Source of the DNA: Myxococcota bacterium
GTDB taxonomy: Bacteria; Myxococcota_A; UBA796; CAJQPC01
Assembly: GCA_036012755.1 (NCBI GenBank)
Contig: DASCPX010000009.1
Span: 128,001-192,000, forward strand
Length of the DNA: 64,000 bases
Direction of reading: 5' to 3'
The notes beneath the pieces are model-generated. The model saw only the letters and a program-made list of their open reading frames with translations, made no database searches and was not told the origin of the DNA. Below, piece after piece: positions 60,030 to 64,000 of the stretch. Numbering within the stretch: the stretch's first letter is position 1; each line of letters opens with the position of its first letter. The translations under genes and the position numbers were made by a program.

Positions 60030-61769
60030 GTGCGGACCATCTCGGATCAAAGCGACCTCGCGACCGGCGACGTGCTCTACCACCCGGCCATGGGCTTCGC
60101 GCGCGTGCAGGCCCTGGACGAGGTCGGGCTCCACCTCGACTGGGAGGCTCCGGGTAGCCGCCTCCCGCGACGCATCTCCGCCGACGCCGCCCGAAAGGGC
60201 TACCGCGTCTGCCGCCGGGAGGGCTTCTTCGCCCGGAGCGTCATCGACCGTGAGATGTTCACCGCGCTCGTCCACGACGACCCGCCCAGGGGCCTGGAGC
60301 TACTGCTCGAGGACCTCGACGATGCGCCGGAGCGCGACGAGGTCGCCCAGTGGCTCAAGGCCCTGGACCTCGTAGACGCCGACACCTTCACGCGCTGGTG
60401 GGGCCGCGCCGTGAGCGACGAGCGGCGCTTCCGTTTCCGCGGCCGACGCATCACCCGCAAGGTCCGCGGCGAGTCCGACGACACCAGCCCCATCGACGAC
60501 ATCGGTCCGACGCCGTGGCCGCGACTGCAGATCCTCTCGGGGATGGACATCCTCGACGCGGGCGTGGAGCTCCTCGGCCTGCTCGCGACCCACCACGCGG
60601 CGGGAGCAGCGGTCGGCATCGGTCCCGACAACACCTTCGCCGACGACACCGGGCAGCTGGAGATCCGGCCACAGGACCGCGGCTCGATGGCCACGGACGT
60701 CCACAACGCCGGGCGCCTGCTGCTCCGACGCATCACCGGTCGCGATCTGCCCAGCGGAATGCCGCCCCATCGCGTGATGCCGTTTCTACTCGGTGTCAAC
60801 CCGGACGTGCCCCCCTCCGCGATGCCACTGCTCGAGCGCCTGGTCTCTCCGCTCTTCGACCACAGGCCGCCCTCGGCGCTCGGGCCCTACCGGGACTGGG
60901 CCGCCGCCAGAGCCCACGAGAGGATCCGCGCAGACTCCCGCCTGGCCGCGCGCCAGGTGCACGAGGTCGGCGCCGACACCCACGTCGGCTGGTACAAGAT
61001 GCGCGACACGCAGACGAACCAGGACGCCCTCGCGGTGGAGCTCGACGACGAAGGGGGGAGCTCGATGGTCCTGGTGGCCGATGGCATCTCGACCTCTGAT
61101 GCCGGCTCCGGAGACCGCGCGGCGCGGCTGGCGACCGACGTGCTCTGCGGGGTCTGGGAGCGACGCCCGAAGGATCTGCGCGAGCAGCCCAAGACAGCGC
61201 TGGAGTTCATCGAGGCTGCGCTGCGAGAGGCGAACCGGGCGGTCTGCGACGGAGCACTCGACGCAGCCGACGGTGACCTCACCGGGCGCATCCCGATGGG
61301 AACCACAATAGTCGTCGCCGCGCTGCACGGTGATCTGGTCGACATCGTCTCGTTGGGCGACTCCCGGGCCTACCTCGTGACCGCCGCCGGGACATGCCTG
61401 CTGACCTGCGACCAGAACATCGAGCTCGAGTGGTTTCAGGGCAAGCGCAGCCGGGAGCGCGACGGCGAGCTGCTCGGGCAGGCCCTGATCGGGTACCTCG
61501 GCCACTTCGACGAGGGCGATCTGCCACGCCTGCTCAATCCCTTCCACCGGCGCCTGCGCCTGCTCGAGAGCGAGTCCCTGGTGCTCTGCACCGACGGCAT
61601 CGTCGACTACGCGGCTCAGAGCCACGTCGAGTTCATCGAGCTCGTCGACCGCGCCGTGACCACGGAGCGTCCACAGCAGGCAGCCCAGCGCCTGGTCGCC
61701 GCGGCAAACGAGGGAGGCGGCGGGGACAACGCAACAGCGGTCGTCGTCCGACTTACCCCCTCCGGATAG
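60030..61769 (+). CDS. PP2C-family Ser/Thr phosphatase with pseudokinase C-lobe and extra N-domain
   Basis: NQDA, VADG, MGTT, GDSRAY, CTDG, GGDNAT. Confidence 0.9.
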   Translation: MRTISDQSDLATGDVLYHPAMGFARVQALDEVGLHLDWEAPGSRLPRRISADAARKGYRVCRREGFFARSVIDREMFTALVHDDPPRGLELLLEDLDDAPERDEVAQWLKALDLVDADTFTRWWGRAVSDERRFRFRGRRITRKVRGESDDTSPIDDIGPTPWPRLQILSGMDILDAGVELLGLLATHHAAGAAVGIGPDNTFADDTGQLEIRPQDRGSMATDVHNAGRLLLRRITGRDLPSGMPPHRVMPFLLGVNPDVPPSAMPLLERLVSPLFDHRPPSALGPYRDWAAARAHERIRADSRLAARQVHEVGADTHVGWYKMRDTQTNQDALAVELDDEGGSSMVLVADGISTSDAGSGDRAARLATDVLCGVWERRPKDLREQPKTALEFIEAALREANRAVCDGALDAADGDLTGRIPMGTTIVVAALHGDLVDIVSLGDSRAYLVTAAGTCLLTCDQNIELEWFQGKRSRERDGELLGQALIGYLGHFDEGDLPRLLNPFHRRLRLLESESLVLCTDGIVDYAAQSHVEFIELVDRAVTTERPQQAAQRLVAAANEGGGGDNATAVVVRLTPSG

Positions 61770-61778
61770 CGGAGCGTT

Positions 61779-63665
61779 GTGATGCACTCGGGCGCGAGAT
61801 GCCTGCGCGAGGCCCTGGGCCAACGCGTGCTGTTCCTGGACGGCGCGCTCGGCACGGAGTTCTACAGCCGCGGCGTCTACATCAACAAGAGCTACGACGC
61901 GCTGAACGTCTCCACCCCGGAGCTCGTGCGGACCGTCCACCGCGACTACGTACGCGCTGGCTGCGACCTCATCACGACGAACACCTTCGGCGCCAACAGG
62001 ATCCGGCTGCAGGCGTTCGGGCTGGAAGAGCAGGCCACCGAGATCGTACGCAGGGGCGTCCAGCTCGCCCGCGAGGTCGCCGGGGACAAGGCCTGGGTGC
62101 TGGGCTCGGTGGGACCGACAGGCGCCCGCCTCGCGCCGGTCGGGCGCCTGAGTCCCGGACAGGCCTACGCCGCCTTTCGCGAGCAGATCGCGATCCTCGC
62201 CGAAGAAGGCGTCGATGGCCTGCTCCTGGAGACCTTCTCCAGCCTCGAGGAGCTGTGGCAGGCCGTGCGTGCGGCCCGCGACGTGGCCCGAGACGTACCG
62301 CTGATCACCGCCGCGTCCTTCGTCTACACCGCCGACGGGGACCTCGTCGAGGGGCCCGAGCCCCAGGTGGCCGCGCGCACGATGTGCTCATGGGGGGCCG
62401 ACGCCATCGGCGTGAACTGCAGCAACGGCCCCAAGGTCGTCCTGGAGGTGCTGGAGCGCATGGCCGCGGTCAGCGACAAGCCCTTGCTCGCGAGCCCTAA
62501 CGCCGGCCAGCCCCAGGCCGTCGATGGCCGCCAGGTCTACATGGCGGGGCCGGAGTACATGGCCGAGTACGCCCGGCGTTTCGCGCTGAAGGGAGCGACG
62601 CTCATCGGCGGATGCTGCGGCACGACGCCAGCGATGATCCGCGAGATGCGCTCCTACGTGCGCAGCGTCGCCCCGGGGATGACCGAGCGCCCAGCCGCCG
62701 TCGTGACCACCGCGGAGGAAGGCCCCACGCAGACGCTGGAGCGGGTTCCCATCGTGGAGCGCTCCGAGTTCGCACGCAAGCTGTACTCGGGCGACTTCTG
62801 CATCTCGGTCGAGCTCGATCCGCCACGCGGGATCGACACCACCCGCAGCATCAACGGAGCGGCGCTGCTGAAGGAGGCCGGGATCGATGTCATCAACATC
62901 GCGGACGGACCCCGCGCCGTCGCACGAATGGGGCCCTCCGCGCTTGCCCAGCTCGCCCACCGTCGCTGCGGCATCGAAGCCGTCATCCACTACTGCTGCC
63001 GAGACCGCAACCTGCTCGGCATGCAGATGGACCTCCTCGGGGCTCATGCGCTGGGCATGCACAACATCCTGGCGGTCACCGGCGATCCGCCGAAGATGGG
63101 CAACTACCCCAACGCCACGGCGGTCTTCGACATCGACAGCATCGGGCTGATCGCCTTCATCCAGATGCTCAACAGCGGCCAGGACTTCGCCGGGCGTCCC
63201 CTGGGCGGCCAGACGAAGTTCTTCGTCGGAGCGGGCTGCAACCCGGCCCACCACGAGCTGGAGCGAGAGGTCGATCGCTTCGGCAAGAAGATCGAGGCAG
63301 GGGCGGAGTTCTTCTTCAGCCAGCCCGTCTACGACAACGAGATCCTCGAGCGCTTCCTCGAGATGACCGAGCAGTTCCCGAGGGTTCCCTTCCTGGTCGG
63401 CATCCTGCCGCTGGCGTCGTCCAAGAACGCCGAGTTCCTCCACAACGAGGTCCCTGGGATGCAGGTCCCCCAGGAGATCCGCGACCGACTTGCGGCGGCC
63501 CCGACCCGGCCAGAGCAGCGCCAGATCGGCATCGACGTCGCGAGGACAACGCTGACACACGCGAAGGGGCACCCCCGGGTCGACGGAGCCTACATCTACC
63601 CGCCCTTCGGTTCGTACAAGGCCGTGCTGCGGGTCCTGGAAGGTGTGGTGGACCTCGCGGGTTGA
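61779..63665 (+). CDS. yitJ: bifunctional homocysteine S-methyltransferase/methylenetetrahydrofolate reductase
   Basis: DGALGT, TNTFGAN, GVNCS, GGCCGT, then VELDPP, CRDRN, TGDPP, QPVY. Confidence 0.95.
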   Translation: MMHSGARCLREALGQRVLFLDGALGTEFYSRGVYINKSYDALNVSTPELVRTVHRDYVRAGCDLITTNTFGANRIRLQAFGLEEQATEIVRRGVQLAREVAGDKAWVLGSVGPTGARLAPVGRLSPGQAYAAFREQIAILAEEGVDGLLLETFSSLEELWQAVRAARDVARDVPLITAASFVYTADGDLVEGPEPQVAARTMCSWGADAIGVNCSNGPKVVLEVLERMAAVSDKPLLASPNAGQPQAVDGRQVYMAGPEYMAEYARRFALKGATLIGGCCGTTPAMIREMRSYVRSVAPGMTERPAAVVTTAEEGPTQTLERVPIVERSEFARKLYSGDFCISVELDPPRGIDTTRSINGAALLKEAGIDVINIADGPRAVARMGPSALAQLAHRRCGIEAVIHYCCRDRNLLGMQMDLLGAHALGMHNILAVTGDPPKMGNYPNATAVFDIDSIGLIAFIQMLNSGQDFAGRPLGGQTKFFVGAGCNPAHHELEREVDRFGKKIEAGAEFFFSQPVYDNEILERFLEMTEQFPRVPFLVGILPLASSKNAEFLHNEVPGMQVPQEIRDRLAAAPTRPEQRQIGIDVARTTLTHAKGHPRVDGAYIYPPFGSYKAVLRVLEGVVDLAG

Positions 63666-63740
63666 GCCGCGGCCGGTAGCACTTGACAGTCTCGTCACAC
63701 CGGCGTAGCCACCTGTGGTCAAACCACCCTATCCCTGAGG

Positions 63741-64000
63741 ATGTCCATGCGTTTCTTTGCTGTCGCTCTTGCCGCCGGTCTCACCTTCTCCAGCACCGCC
63801 CTCGCCGGAGACGACGAAGAGTACGCCGAGATCAACGACTCCACGATGGTCGCCGACTTCAACGGCACCTGGGCCAAGGCCAAGGAAGTCCAGTCCACCG
63901 TCTCCAGCTGGGAGGACAACCTGAACTCCGCCCGCGAAGGCTTCAACGAGGCCGTCGGCATCGCCAAGGACGAGCCCATCGACAAGGGTATCGAGCACTT
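63741..64000 (+). CDS. secreted hypothetical protein, partial (start 63741 or 63747)
   Basis: MRFFAVALAAGLTFSSTALA signal peptide; frame open to the window end. Confidence 0.8.
   Translation, partial: MSMRFFAVALAAGLTFSSTALAGDDEEYAEINDSTMVADFNGTWAKAKEVQSTVSSWEDNLNSAREGFNEAVGIAKDEPIDKGIEH

Noticed and set aside
63683..63711. TTGACA promoter for the last gene
   Set aside because: The -10 position at 17-nt spacing reads TAGCCA, lacking the conserved final T; plausible but not well supported.

Overview
High-GC, gene-dense bacterial chromosome segment. The gene content points to a Myxococcota (deltaproteobacterial) lineage: giant acidic DCDD/MopE-like plus FG-GAP surface proteins, a MYXO-CTERM-like tail, a sigma54 regulator and Tad pilins. 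Most genes are housekeeping or envelope genes (argS, acyl-CoA and aldehyde dehydrogenases, GMC oxidoreductase, MMPL transporter, NifU-type protein, HD hydrolase, Hcy-methyltransferase/MTHFR fusion). No rRNA, tRNA or CRISPR array was seen. The main signals not explained by the gene list are: (1) a dispersed repeat family inserted at stop codons with CTAG/CTAA boundaries, present as nested microhomology-deletion variants, with a diverged fourth copy forming the 3' tail of a DUF222-like/HNH endonuclease gene; (2) about a dozen lipoproteins with ultra-short, uncharged signal peptides (Cys at residue 8-10); (3) recurrent TANNNT-N6/7-start signatures of leaderless mRNAs; (4) two structured intergenic ncRNA candidates (50790-50967 and 59838-59995); (5) a PP2C phosphatase fused to a pseudokinase C-lobe and a GreA-associated/CarD-like N-domain. 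All family assignments come from motif recognition by eye, not database searches.
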